From: Candidatus Fervidifonticultor secundus
GTDB lineage: Bacteria > Sysuimicrobiota > Sysuimicrobiia > Sysuimicrobiales > Humicultoraceae
Assembly (NCBI GenBank): GCA_031459385.1
Contig: JAVKIP010000013.1
Coordinates: forward strand, 1 to 64,000
Reading direction: 5' to 3'
DNA length: 64,000 bases
Shown one piece after another: positions 10,022 to 19,986 of the stretch. Within the stretch, counting starts at the first letter, position 1. Each line of letters starts with the position of its first letter. The notes beneath the pieces were generated by a model. The model worked only from the letters and a program-made list of their open reading frames with translations. It was not told the DNA's origin and searched no databases. A program made the translations under genes and the position numbers.

Positions 10022-11047
10022 ATGCGCGCGAGACAACGCTGGATCGCCGTCAGCGCGGTCGTGGCTGCCCTGGCGGCTGCGGCCATCGCAGTCGTCGCCG
10101 TCGCGATCTGGCTCACCGCGCCACGATGGGACATCCGTGTGGAGCTGCGCGAGCCGTCGCTGCCCGTGCCCAGGGCACGTGAGACGTTCTGGCCGGGCGA
10201 AGACGGCCAGGCCCCGCTGCTGGTCGTCATCGACAACGCGCCGCAGGCCAGGCCCCAGGCGGGCCTGGCCGAGGCGTGCCTCGTTTATGCCATGCCCACC
10301 GAAGCGCTCATCACGCGCTTCCTGGCCGCGTTCTGCGACGCGTCGCCGGCGGCGGTCGGGCCGGTCCGCAGCGTACGGGCCTACATGCTGGACCTGGCTG
10401 CCGACATCGGCGCGGTCACGGTGCACGCCGGCTACAGCGCCGAGGCACGCGCGCGCATCCTGCGCGAACGCCTCCCGGTCATCAACGAGTTCTGGACGAG
10501 CAGCCCGTTTTGGCGAGACCCCGGCCGCCAGGCCCCACACAACCTTTACGCCAGTCTCGATCCCCTGCACAAGGTCGCGCGGCAGCGCCGCCCGGACGTG
10601 CGGCCCCGCGGCGTGCCCTACCGGTTCGGTGACGTGCCGCCGGAGGCTGGCCTTGACGCGGCGGTCGTCACGCTCGACTACGCCCCGCACTACGCTGTCA
10701 CCTACCGGTACGACCGGGCCCGTGGGGTCTACTTCCGCGAGCAGGACGGGCAGCCCCACGTGGACGCCGACGGCCAGCCCGTGGCGCCGGTGTCGGTCAT
10801 CGTCGCGTTCGTCCGCTGGTGGCAGGTGGAGGAAAACGGCGGTCCCAGCGGCCGCCTCGACCTGACCGGCGGCGGCCGCTTGACGGTGATCACCCGGGGC
10901 CGCCTCCAGGAGGGCGCCTGGAGCCGGACCGCGGCAGGCCCCCTGAGCTTCTCGCTGGCCGGCGGCGCGCCAGTGGTCGTACCCCGGGGACCGGTCTGGA
11001 TGGAGTTCCTGCCCGTCGGGAGGCCGTTCGAGGTCCGGCGCCTATAG
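10022..11047 (+). CDS. DUF3048 (YerB-like) membrane-anchored protein
   Basis: N-terminal TM, VVIDNAPQARPQAGL, ITRFLA, GPVRSVR, APHNLY. Confidence 0.85.
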   Translation: MRARQRWIAVSAVVAALAAAAIAVVAVAIWLTAPRWDIRVELREPSLPVPRARETFWPGEDGQAPLLVVIDNAPQARPQAGLAEACLVYAMPTEALITRFLAAFCDASPAAVGPVRSVRAYMLDLAADIGAVTVHAGYSAEARARILRERLPVINEFWTSSPFWRDPGRQAPHNLYASLDPLHKVARQRRPDVRPRGVPYRFGDVPPEAGLDAAVVTLDYAPHYAVTYRYDRARGVYFREQDGQPHVDADGQPVAPVSVIVAFVRWWQVEENGGPSGRLDLTGGGRLTVITRGRLQEGAWSRTAAGPLSFSLAGGAPVVVPRGPVWMEFLPVGRPFEVRRL

Positions 11048-12658
11048 CCCGATGGCGCACCCGTCCACGCGAGGGTCGGAGGCGCCCGTGTAGATGCCGC
11101 GCGCACGGTCGGCGATGATGGCCTGCGCGCCCCCGCCGCCTTCCATCTCGCCCATGGGCTTGAGCCGGTGGCCCCGGCGCGTCAGTTCGGCCAACGTTTC
11201 GGCCGGGTAGCCCTCTTCGATGCGCAGCTCGAACGCCTGGTCGACCGTGGCCGGGTCTGTGCCGGGGAAGCTGTGCCAGCGCGGCGCCTCGATCGCCGCC
11301 TGGAGATCCATGCCCGCGTCCACCAGATTCTGGAAGATCTGGAGGTTCCACTGCGGCTGCGCATCGCCGCCGGGCGTACCCCAGGCCAGCCACGGCAGGC
11401 CGTCGCGGGTCGCCAGGTACGGGCTCAGCGTGTGCATCGTCCGCTTGCCGGGCGCGATGCAGTTGGGGTGACCCGCCTCGAGCGAGAAGCCCCGGCCGGC
11501 CCGGTTGTTGAGCATGATGCCCGTGCCCTCGACGATCTCACCGCACCCGAACGACGCCGACAGGCTCGTGATGTACGCCACCATGTTGCCCTCGACATCG
11601 GCGGTGCAGAAGAACGTCGTGTCGCCGGTCACCTCGGTCAGGCCACCCGCAGGCATCTCGGCAGCCTTGCCCATGTCCAGGGCGCGGCGTCGCCGCGCGG
11701 CGTAGGTCTTGTCGAGAAGCGTGCCGAGGGGGTTGCGGACGAAGCGCGGATCCCCGACGTACGCCAGGCGGTCGGCGAAAGCGAGCTTCTTGGCTTCCAC
11801 GCCGCGATGGACCCAGTCGGCCGATCCCCACGGCGCGGGCGGCATCTCCTCCAGGACGTTGAGCATCTCCAGCAGCAGGAAGCCCTGCGAGGGCGGCGGC
11901 GTGGTGTGCACCGTGATCCCGCGGTAGGTCGTCGAGACTGGCTCGGCCACCTCGACGTCGTAGCCTGCCAGGTCATCCGCCGAGAGCAGGCCGCCGTGCT
12001 CCTGGCTGTAGGCACCGATCGCCCGGGCGATGGACCCCCTGTAGAACGCCTCGGCGCCGCCGTCGGCGATCTGGCGCAGGGTGGCCGCCAGGTCGCGCTG
12101 CACCAGGACGTCGCCCTCCACCGGCGGTCGGCCGCCCGGGAGGAAGATCCTTGCGGAGGAGGGGTACTGCGTCAGCACCGGCTCGGCCTCGCGGATCCAG
12201 TGGGCGACCTTGCGCGCCACCGGCACGCCCTCCTCGGCGTACCGGATCGCTGGCTCCAGGAGTTTACCAAGAGTGAATCTTCCGCTTCCCCACCGCTGCA
12301 GGGACACCTGCATCGCCTTGACTGCGCCAGGCACCGAAGGCGACAGCATGCCGCGCAGCGGCATCTTCGTGTAACCGCGCGCGGTGAAGAAGTCGCGCGT
12401 AGCCCCGGCGGGCGCCGGCCCGCTGCCGTTCACCGCCCACACCCTGCCCTCCCGCCTGCTGAAGACGACCATGAACGTGTCGCCGCCGAGGCCGCTCATC
12501 ATGGGCTGGGCCACGCCCAGTACGCCGGCGACCGCGATGGCGGCGTCAACGGCGTTACCGCCGCCTACAAGCACCTCCAGGCCTGCGGCCGTGGCCAGCG
12601 GATGACCCGAGGCCACCATCGCCCGGCGTGCGATGACCATCGAACGGCTGTACGGCAT
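11042..12658 (-). CDS. ggt: Gamma-glutamyltransferase family (cytoplasmic, no signal peptide)
   Basis: GGNAVDAAIA, GLGGD, PPSQG, catalytic DTT, TPGGDAQPQ, GASDPRVDG. Confidence 0.93.
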   Translation of the reverse strand: MPYSRSMVIARRAMVASGHPLATAAGLEVLVGGGNAVDAAIAVAGVLGVAQPMMSGLGGDTFMVVFSRREGRVWAVNGSGPAPAGATRDFFTARGYTKMPLRGMLSPSVPGAVKAMQVSLQRWGSGRFTLGKLLEPAIRYAEEGVPVARKVAHWIREAEPVLTQYPSSARIFLPGGRPPVEGDVLVQRDLAATLRQIADGGAEAFYRGSIARAIGAYSQEHGGLLSADDLAGYDVEVAEPVSTTYRGITVHTTPPPSQGFLLLEMLNVLEEMPPAPWGSADWVHRGVEAKKLAFADRLAYVGDPRFVRNPLGTLLDKTYAARRRRALDMGKAAEMPAGGLTEVTGDTTFFCTADVEGNMVAYITSLSASFGCGEIVEGTGIMLNNRAGRGFSLEAGHPNCIAPGKRTMHTLSPYLATRDGLPWLAWGTPGGDAQPQWNLQIFQNLVDAGMDLQAAIEAPRWHSFPGTDPATVDQAFELRIEEGYPAETLAELTRRGHRLKPMGEMEGGGGAQAIIADRARGIYTGASDPRVDGCAIGL

Positions 12659-12775
12659 CGTGGACTCACCTCGCGCAGGAGGTCTGGGAGGGCTTCACCC
12701 CGGTCCGAGGCGGCTCCTGCGGGACAGAGTGTAGTACAATGCAAAAGAGGTTACCACGACGAAGGGAGGCCGGCC

Positions 12776-13129
12776 ATGGCAAAGACGTATTGCCAGTGGG
12801 TTGGAATCATCCTGATCGTCCTGGGGGTACTGGGATTCCTGATTCCGGGTGGCTTCCTCACCCTGACGTTCACCCCCGTGCACAACCTCATCCATCTGGT
12901 CAGCGGCGTCGTCTTGGCCTACCTCGGGTTCACCGACACGTCGGTGAAGACCGGGGCGCAGGTGTTTGGCGTCATCTACACGCTGGTAGGACTGCTGGGC
13001 TTCGTGAGCAGTGGAACCCTCCAGGCCATGGGCATCTCGACCAGCGTCCTCTACAACCTGATCCACCTGGTCATCGGCGTGATCGGCCTGTGGGTTGGGT
13101 TCGGCCAGAAGGAGATGGCGAAGGCCTGA
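12776..13129 (+). CDS. DUF4383-like four-TM membrane protein
   Basis: HNLIHLVSG and YNLIHLVIG repeated, four hydrophobic helices; GGGAGG RBS. Confidence 0.8.
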   Translation: MAKTYCQWVGIILIVLGVLGFLIPGGFLTLTFTPVHNLIHLVSGVVLAYLGFTDTSVKTGAQVFGVIYTLVGLLGFVSSGTLQAMGISTSVLYNLIHLVIGVIGLWVGFGQKEMAKA

Positions 13130-13183
13130 GCGGTCGGCTGCAACGAGGCGGGCCCCCGGCGGCCGCCGGAGCCCGCCTCGATT

Positions 13184-14089
13184 TTGCGCCTCGAGTCGCC
13201 GCTGCCAGCGCCACGGGCCGCTCCAGCGCCGATACCCCGACCTGTGCGACCGCCTCACCCCGCACCGCGACGTCTGCCAGCGCTCCGCCTCCGCCGGGCC
13301 TTCGTCCGCCGGCTGCTGCGCTGGTATCGCTCCAACAGGCGCGACCTGCCCTGGCGGCGCACGCGCGATCCCTACCGGGTCCTCGTCTCAGAGATCATGC
13401 TGCAGCAGACGCAGGTGCCGCGTGTCATCCCCAAATACCGGGAGTTCCTGCGCGCCTACCCGTCAATCCGGGCGCTGGCGGCGGCCTCGGTCGACCAGGT
13501 GCGCGAGACGTGGTACCCGCTGGGCTACAATATCCGCCCGGTATGGTTGCATGCCATCGCTCGCGAGGTCGTCACCCGCTTCGGCGGGAGGATCCCGGGC
13601 GACCGCAAGACCCTGCTGGGCCTGAAGGGCATCGGGCCGTACACTGCGGCTGCAGTCCTGGCGTTTGCCCACGAGCGCCGGGTACCGCTGGTCGACGTGA
13701 ACGTGCGCAGGGTGCTGCAGCGGGTCTTCTACGGGCTGACGCCACTGCGGGACGGCTGGCTGTGGCAGGTGGCCGGCGCCCTGCTCCCCCGTCGAGCGGC
13801 CTACGACTTCAACCAGGCGCTCATGGACCTGGGCGCGACCGTGTGCGTGGCCCGGACGCCACACTGCCCGGCCTGCCCGATGCGGATGATCTGCCGGGCC
13901 TACCCTCTGCTGGCGCAGCCGCCCGGGCTGTCGCGCGGGCGGACGGCCGGACGGCCCGGCGGCCGGCGGCGGGCACGGCCGGGGGGCCGACGGAGGCGGC
14001 AGCAGGCGCCCGGCCCCCTGCGCGCCGCGAGCGGGCGTCCATCCACGGTGGCCGGCCACCGTACGGCGCCGAGGGGCACAGACGCCTGA
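13184..14089 (+). CDS. MutY-like A/G-specific adenine glycosylase, short form without C-terminal NUDIX-like domain (start uncertain)
   Basis: RDLPWRRTRDPYRVLVSEIMLQQTQV, LKGIGPYTA HhH, VDVNVRRV, FCL motif CVARTPHCPACPMRMIC. Confidence 0.9.
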   Translation: MRLESPLPAPRAAPAPIPRPVRPPHPAPRRLPALRLRRAFVRRLLRWYRSNRRDLPWRRTRDPYRVLVSEIMLQQTQVPRVIPKYREFLRAYPSIRALAAASVDQVRETWYPLGYNIRPVWLHAIAREVVTRFGGRIPGDRKTLLGLKGIGPYTAAAVLAFAHERRVPLVDVNVRRVLQRVFYGLTPLRDGWLWQVAGALLPRRAAYDFNQALMDLGATVCVARTPHCPACPMRMICRAYPLLAQPPGLSRGRTAGRPGGRRRARPGGRRRRQQAPGPLRAASGRPSTVAGHRTAPRGTDA

Positions 14090-14795
14090 GCGGGCACGCT
14101 GGACACCGAGGTGCCCGGGCGCTGCAGACTTCCCGGCCAAAGTAGATCACCCGCAGCGAGAAGTCGGACCACTCGGTGGGATCGAGTAGCGCCATCAGGT
14201 CGCGCTCGATCTTCGCGGGGTCGTCGTGGGCCGTCAGGCCCCAGCGCCGGCTAATGCGTCGCACGTGCGTGTCGACCACCATCCCCGGCTGGCCGAAGGC
14301 CGCGCCCAAGATGACGTTGGCGGTCTTGCGGCCGACCCCCGGGAGCTGCAGGAGGTCCTCCATGGTGCCCGGCACCTCGCCGCCGAATCTGGCCAGCAGG
14401 ACGCGCGCCATGTTCACGATGGCCCGGGCCTTCTGACGGTAGAAACCGGTGGAGCGGATGTAGGACTCGAGCTCGGGCAGGCTGGCCGAGGCGAACTCCT
14501 CAGCCGTGCGGTACCGGGCGAACAGCGCCGGGGTAATTTTGTTCACCTGGGCGTCGGTGCACTGTGCCGAGAGGATCGTCGCCACCAGCAGCTGCAGCGG
14601 CGTGCGGTGCCTGAGGGGTACCCGCGTGATCGGATACCGCTGCGCCAGCGCCCTGGCGATCCTGGCCGCCCGGCGGCGCGCCTGCACCGGTGTCTCGCCT
14701 GTGGGCAGCGGCGGCGCGGGCGCCGGACGGGGGGAGCGTGCCGGCGCGGATCGGGCGGCGCGAGCGATCGTCGGCCGAACGCGTGGCGCAGACAT
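13821..14795 (-). CDS. nth: Endonuclease III
   Basis: LVATILSAQCTD, LPGVGRKTANV, VDTHV, CSARAPRCPACPLRRLC. Confidence 0.93.
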   Translation of the reverse strand: MSAPRVRPTIARAARSAPARSPRPAPAPPLPTGETPVQARRRAARIARALAQRYPITRVPLRHRTPLQLLVATILSAQCTDAQVNKITPALFARYRTAEEFASASLPELESYIRSTGFYRQKARAIVNMARVLLARFGGEVPGTMEDLLQLPGVGRKTANVILGAAFGQPGMVVDTHVRRISRRWGLTAHDDPAKIERDLMALLDPTEWSDFSLRVIYFGREVCSARAPRCPACPLRRLCPSAPYGGRPPWMDARSRRAGGRAPAAASVGPPAVPAAGRRAVRPSARATARAAAPAEGRPGRSSASGRPGSVASGPRTRSRPGP

Positions 14796-14856
14796 CGGGC
14801 GCCCGCATTCGCCGGGCCGCACGGGGCCTCCTCCCCCCGCGGTCCGCACGGCCCCG

Positions 14857-15786
14857 TCAGCGCCGGAGCAGGTTCCGCAACAGGAACAGCACGTTGGCCG
14901 GACGCTCGGCCAGCCGGCGCATCAGGTAAGGATACCACTCGGTGCCATACGGGGTCGCGACCAGCACGGTGAACCCCCGGCGCACGAGGTCGAGCTGCAG
15001 CTGGGGCCGCACCCCGTAGAGCATCTGGAACTCGAACCGGTCGGTGGCGATGCCGCGCTCGCGCGCGAACCGGATCGTGTGCTCGATGACCCGCTCGTCG
15101 TGGGTGGCGACGGCCGTATAGCGGTCGCCAGTCAGCGCGAGCTCGATGAGGCGGATGAAGTTGCGATCCACGTCGGCCTTGCGGGGAAACGCGACGGCGG
15201 CCGGCTCGAGGTACGCGCCCTTGACCAGGCGCAGGTTGGGGCGCAGCGGCAGCAGCGCCCGCAGGTCGGCCTCGGAGCGGTACAGGTACGCCTGCAGCAC
15301 GACGCCGACGTTGTCGAACCCCCGGGCCCGCAGCCGCCGGTAGATGGCCAGCGTCGCGTCCACCCGGCAGGACTCCTCCATGTCGATGCGCACGAAGTTC
15401 CCGAGGTCGGCGGCCCGGGCGACGAGCCGCTCCAGCGTGGCGTACGCCAGGTCCTCCGAGATCTCCAGGCCCAGGTGCGTCAGCTTCACCGAGAGGTTGG
15501 TGCGCAGGTGCTCCTGTTTCACGCGATCGAGCACGCGCAGGTACTCGGCCGCCACCTCCTGCACCGTCCCCTCGTCGCGCACGGCCTCGCCTAGCAACGT
15601 CGTGTTGGTCTTGAAGCCCTGGCTCTGGAGGCGTCGCAGGACCGCCACGCACTCGTCCAGCGTCTCGCCCGCCACGAACCGGGCCGCGCCCAGGCGCATG
15701 CCGTAGCGCCGCATCCACCGGGCGAGCCGCGCGCTCCGCGATGCCGCCAGGATCGATCGGCGCAGGACGAGGCTGACCGAGACCAC
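14857..15786 (-). CDS. Monofunctional proline dehydrogenase
   Basis: RFVAGET, SVKLTHLG, IDMEES, RLVKGAY, ATHD, FQMLYG, YLMRRLAERPAN; GGGAGG RBS. Confidence 0.93.
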   Translation of the reverse strand: MVSVSLVLRRSILAASRSARLARWMRRYGMRLGAARFVAGETLDECVAVLRRLQSQGFKTNTTLLGEAVRDEGTVQEVAAEYLRVLDRVKQEHLRTNLSVKLTHLGLEISEDLAYATLERLVARAADLGNFVRIDMEESCRVDATLAIYRRLRARGFDNVGVVLQAYLYRSEADLRALLPLRPNLRLVKGAYLEPAAVAFPRKADVDRNFIRLIELALTGDRYTAVATHDERVIEHTIRFARERGIATDRFEFQMLYGVRPQLQLDLVRRGFTVLVATPYGTEWYPYLMRRLAERPANVLFLLRNLLRR

Positions 15787-15958
15787 CGTTTCCTCCCGTC
15801 GCGCGCACTCCCTGCCCCATCCTATCGGCCGCCGGGGTGTCCCGCCAGAGCCCGTGCGCGCGCAGGCCCGGCGGGTCTGCGCAGGGAGACCCTGCGGCGG
15901 AGCGCGAAACACTTGGAAGCCACCGAGGGGCTCCATTCGGTGCACGCCAGGAGGCTTG

Positions 15959-17044
15959 ATGAAACACGCTGACCGGGTCGCGCGTGTACGCGCGCAGATG
16001 AAGCAGACGGGGGTGGACCTGCTGGCCCTGCCGCCGTCCGACGACCTGTTCTACCTCCTGGGCTACTCGCCGCACGCTGACGAGCGTCCCTGCTACCTGT
16101 TCCTCACGCAGGGGGAGGTACTCTTCGTCGTCCCCGAACTGAACGCCGGGCAGGCGCGCGCTCACGTCGATCTGCCCCTGCTGGTCTACGGGGACGCGGA
16201 AGGACCCGGCGACGCGCTCCGCCGCGCGGCCGACCTGCTGGGGCCCGTGGAGCGGTTGTGCGTGAGCGACACGATGCGCGCCGACTTCCTGCTGCTGCTC
16301 CAGGCGCGCTGGCCCCGGGCCACGGTCGTGCCCGGTGCCGACGTGATGGCTCCGGTGCGGATCATCAAGAGCCCCGAGGAGATCGAGGCGATGCGGCGCT
16401 CGGCGGCCACGGCGGACGTCGCCACCGACGCCGCATTCGCCGCGTGCCGGCCCGGCGTGACCGAGATCGCCGTGGCGGCTGCGATCAGAGAGGCATTCGG
16501 CGCGCAGAACGTGCCGGAGGTGCTGTTTGCCACGGTGGGCGGCGGGCCGCACTCGGCCTTCCCCCACCATGCGGTGACCGATCGGCCGCTGCGTGCCGGG
16601 GAGCCCGTGCTCGTCGACCTCGGCGGCCGGCTGGGTGGGTACGCCTCCGACATCACGCGCATGGCCTTCCTGGGCGAGCCGTCTCCACGCTACCGCCAGA
16701 TCCACGACACGGTGGAGCACGCGGTGCGGGCCGCGCTCGACGCCATTCGCCCCGGCGTGCCCCTGGCGGCCGTGGACCGGGCCGCCCGCGGCGTGATCGA
16801 GGCTGCGGGCTACGGCGGGTACTTCACGCACCGCACCGGCCACGGCATCGGCATCGCCGGCCACGAGCCGCCGTCGGTGACGCACACGAACCAGATGCCG
16901 ATCCAGGCAGGCATGGTCTTCAGCGTCGAGCCGGGGATCTACCTGGAGGGCGAGTTCGGGGTGCGGCTCGAGGAGGTCGTGGTCGTGACCGCGTCGGGGC
17001 CCGAGCGCTTCAGCCGCCTGCCGCGGGAGGTGCGGGTGCTGTAG
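15959..17044 (+). CDS. Xaa-Pro peptidase family (M24B)
   Basis: KSPEEI, YASDITR, HRTGHGIG, HEPP, SVEPGIY, GVRLEE; AGGAGG RBS. Confidence 0.93.
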   Translation: MKHADRVARVRAQMKQTGVDLLALPPSDDLFYLLGYSPHADERPCYLFLTQGEVLFVVPELNAGQARAHVDLPLLVYGDAEGPGDALRRAADLLGPVERLCVSDTMRADFLLLLQARWPRATVVPGADVMAPVRIIKSPEEIEAMRRSAATADVATDAAFAACRPGVTEIAVAAAIREAFGAQNVPEVLFATVGGGPHSAFPHHAVTDRPLRAGEPVLVDLGGRLGGYASDITRMAFLGEPSPRYRQIHDTVEHAVRAALDAIRPGVPLAAVDRAARGVIEAAGYGGYFTHRTGHGIGIAGHEPPSVTHTNQMPIQAGMVFSVEPGIYLEGEFGVRLEEVVVVTASGPERFSRLPREVRVL

Positions 17045-17148
17045 ACCCGGCGCGGCGGGCACGGCCGCCCGGGGCGGGCGGACCGCGCGGGGCGGGCGCG
17101 GAGCGCGTGGGGCGGGCGCGGACCGCGCCCGGTGGGGTGGAGGCCGCG

Positions 17149-17589
17149 ATGCCTGCAGACCCGTTGGTGACCCGGCGCTGGCTGGTTGCCCTGGGGCTGG
17201 GCGCGTGCGTTTCGCTCGCGGTCCTGGCCGTCCAGGCAGGCATCGCCTGCTGGCGCCCCTCGTCCCGCGAGGTCGAGCGGGCGGTGATGGCCTACGTGGC
17301 ACAGCTGACTGCCAGCTGGGAGTGGCGGTCCGGGCGGGAGTTCGCACGCGTCGCCACCCAGGCGCACACGCGCATGCTGGAGCACCCTGGGATGCCCGCG
17401 CGGGCCATCTTCTCGCCCTACCTGCAACAGGCACGCTTCGAGCGGATCGAGCCGCGGTGCCGCGGCGCGGCGGTGGAGATGACGGTCTGGACAGGGTACA
17501 AACCCACGTTCATCGTACCGCAGCGCGTCACGCTGCACCTGGTACACGAGGGCGGGCGCCTGAAGGTGGCCGCGGTGATGGGCCACTGA
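17149..17589 (+). CDS. Hypothetical membrane-anchored protein, possibly NTF2-like
   Basis: GGAGG RBS, N-terminal TM, C-terminal LHLVHEGGRLKV strand pattern. Confidence 0.6.
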   Translation: MPADPLVTRRWLVALGLGACVSLAVLAVQAGIACWRPSSREVERAVMAYVAQLTASWEWRSGREFARVATQAHTRMLEHPGMPARAIFSPYLQQARFERIEPRCRGAAVEMTVWTGYKPTFIVPQRVTLHLVHEGGRLKVAAVMGH

Positions 17590-17595
17590 CCCCCG

Positions 17596-18375
17596 TCAGG
17601 GCTTCGTCGCCATGTGCAGCACCGCGATACCGCGGGTCAGCCGACGGTAGCGCACGTCCGCAAAACCTACCTCGCGGATCAGGTCGCTCAGCCGTTCCGG
17701 ATCCGGCCACTGGCGGATGGAATCGTGCAGGTAGCGGTACGCGTCCGGTCGTCCGGAGAGCCAGCCGCCGAGGCGGGGAATGACCGCGCGCGAGAAGAGG
17801 TCGTAGAGCGCACGGAACCAGGCCGGGTGGGGCTGCCCGAACTCCAGCACGACCAGGCGGCCGCCCGGGCGCAAGACCCGGTGCATCTCGCGCAACGCCT
17901 GCGCGGGGTGCGGCACGTTGCGCAGGCCAAAGGCGATCGTGGCGGCGTCCAGGGTGCGGTCGCGCAGCGGCAGGGTCTCGGCGTCGCCCAGCAGCACCGC
18001 AGCGCCGGCCAGCCGCTCGCGCGCCAGACGCCGGTGCGCGGCAGCCGCCATGCCCCAGGCAAAGTCGACGCCCACGACCCGACCGTCCTTCCCGCCGGCC
18101 CGCGCGAGCCCCGCCAGCAGATCTCCGGTGCCACAGCACACATCCACCGCACGGCCACCGGGCCCAAGGCCCGCGGCGCGCACCGCCGCCCGCTTCCACA
18201 GGAGATGCAGGCCGCCGCTCAACAGGTGGTTGAGGAGGTCGTAGCGTCCAGCGATGGCGTGGAAGGCATCCCGGACCCAGGTGCGGCGCACGAGGGGCGG
18301 CGCCCCCAGGTCGGGCACGCTGGCATCGCCCTGCGGGCCCCCGCCAGGACGTGTGGCGCCCTGCTCCGATCTCAT
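17596..18375 (-). CDS. menG: Demethylmenaquinone methyltransferase (UbiE/MenG)
   Basis: IAGRYDLLNHLLS, VDVCCGTGD, FGLRNV, YLHDSI; ATGA overlap with menE. Confidence 0.93.
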   Translation of the reverse strand: MRSEQGATRPGGGPQGDASVPDLGAPPLVRRTWVRDAFHAIAGRYDLLNHLLSGGLHLLWKRAAVRAAGLGPGGRAVDVCCGTGDLLAGLARAGGKDGRVVGVDFAWGMAAAAHRRLARERLAGAAVLLGDAETLPLRDRTLDAATIAFGLRNVPHPAQALREMHRVLRPGGRLVVLEFGQPHPAWFRALYDLFSRAVIPRLGGWLSGRPDAYRYLHDSIRQWPDPERLSDLIREVGFADVRYRRLTRGIAVLHMATKP

Positions 18376-19913
18376 GGCGAGGGACCCTCCCCGGCGCCTC
18401 CTGTCCGGTCTCCTGCCGCGTTCGCGGCGTCGGTCCGGTGGAGGCCCACAGCATCGGCCGGGCACCCGCCAGGGAATCGCGCCTGCAGTGCCCAGCGCAG
18501 CAGCTTGCCTCCGGTCGAGCGCGGAAGGTCGGCCACGAACCAGATGCACCGCGGCACCTTGTAGCGGGCGAGCCGCGCCGCGCAGAACGCCGCCAGCGCC
18601 GCGCGGTCGACCCGGGCTCCCGGCCGCGCCACGACCGCTGCCCCGACGGTCTGGCCCCAGACGGGATCGGGCAGCCCGAAGACACCGGCATCGGCCACCG
18701 CGGGGTGCGCGCGCAGAACCGCCTCGACCTCGGAGGGGTAGATGTTCTCGCCGCCGCTGATGATCAGGTCGTCGCGCCGGTCCACGACGAACAGGTCCCC
18801 CGCCGCGTCGAGGTAGCCGAGGTCGCCGGTGTGCAGCCAGCCGTCGCGAAGGGCGCGAGCCGTCTCGTCAGGCCGGTTCCAGTACCCGGCCATCACGGTC
18901 GGACCGCGCACCAGGATCTCGCCGACGTCGCCGGGCGCCGCGTCGATGCGCAGTTCCACTGGGAAGAGCGGCCGGCCGGCTGCCCCGATCTTCCGGGGAA
19001 ACTCCTCGGGCGGCAGCGTGGCGACCTGCGAGGCCGCCTCCGTGAGGCCGTACGTCGGCGCCACCGGCACGCCCAGGGCCGCGCAGTGGTCGAGCAAGTC
19101 GCGATCGGCCGGGCCGCCGCCGAGCAGCACGCAGCGCAGCGTGGGCGGGAACGGCCGATAGCCGCGGGCATCGAGCATGCGCTGGAGCATGGTGGCCACC
19201 ACCGAGACCGTCGTCACCTCGCCGGCGTCGATGGCCCGGTTGGCGGCGTCCGGGTCGAATGTCTCGTGCACGACCACGGGAATGCCGTACAGCACGCCGC
19301 GCCAGAATAGGGCCAGGCCGCCAATATGGAAGAAAGGCAGTACCGCCAGCCAGGCATCGTCGCGGCGCACGCCCAGGTGCAGCGCCGAGGCCGCGGCATT
19401 CCACCAGTGGTTCCCGAACGTGAGCTGCGCGCCCTTGGGCCGGCCGGATGTAGCCGAGGTGTAGACGATGCCCTGCACCTGCGACAGGTCGAAGCGGTCG
19501 GCGAGAGGCGCCTGGCCCTCCGGGTGTCGGGCGAGTTCCTCGATGACGACCACCCGCGGGCCTGGCGTCGCCCCTCGCGCCTGCTCCGCCGTGCGCTCCT
19601 CGCAGATCAGCCACCGTGCGCCGCTGTCTGCCAGTTGCCAGGCGAGCTCGGGTGCGGCCAGGCGCGTGTTGAGGGGCACCAGCACCGCGCGCAGGCGCGC
19701 CAGGCCGAACACGACCGCCGCGTAGGCCGACCCGTTGCGCAGCAGGACCGCTACGTGGTCGCCCGCCGCCACGCCCAGACGCCGCAGCCGCAGCGCCAGG
19801 CCTGAGGCGCGGCGGTCGAGGTCCGCGAACGTGAGCCGCTCGGCGCCGGCGGCCACGGCCAGGCGCCCCCCAAAGACTGCGGCGCGGTGGGCCAGCCAGT
19901 CAGGCGTCAGCAT
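18372..19913 (-). CDS. menE: o-succinylbenzoate-CoA ligase
   Basis: YTSATSGRPKG, YGLTEAASQ, GWLHTGDLG, SGGENIYP; men-cluster context. Confidence 0.92.
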   Translation of the reverse strand: MLTPDWLAHRAAVFGGRLAVAAGAERLTFADLDRRASGLALRLRRLGVAAGDHVAVLLRNGSAYAAVVFGLARLRAVLVPLNTRLAAPELAWQLADSGARWLICEERTAEQARGATPGPRVVVIEELARHPEGQAPLADRFDLSQVQGIVYTSATSGRPKGAQLTFGNHWWNAAASALHLGVRRDDAWLAVLPFFHIGGLALFWRGVLYGIPVVVHETFDPDAANRAIDAGEVTTVSVVATMLQRMLDARGYRPFPPTLRCVLLGGGPADRDLLDHCAALGVPVAPTYGLTEAASQVATLPPEEFPRKIGAAGRPLFPVELRIDAAPGDVGEILVRGPTVMAGYWNRPDETARALRDGWLHTGDLGYLDAAGDLFVVDRRDDLIISGGENIYPSEVEAVLRAHPAVADAGVFGLPDPVWGQTVGAAVVARPGARVDRAALAAFCAARLARYKVPRCIWFVADLPRSTGGKLLRWALQARFPGGCPADAVGLHRTDAANAAGDRTGGAGEGPSP

Positions 19914-19986
19914 AGTCGCGCCGCTCCGGCCACCAGCGACCGCACGGCGGTCCTCCGCGCCGTGGCGGGGCCCTCACGACGGGTTC

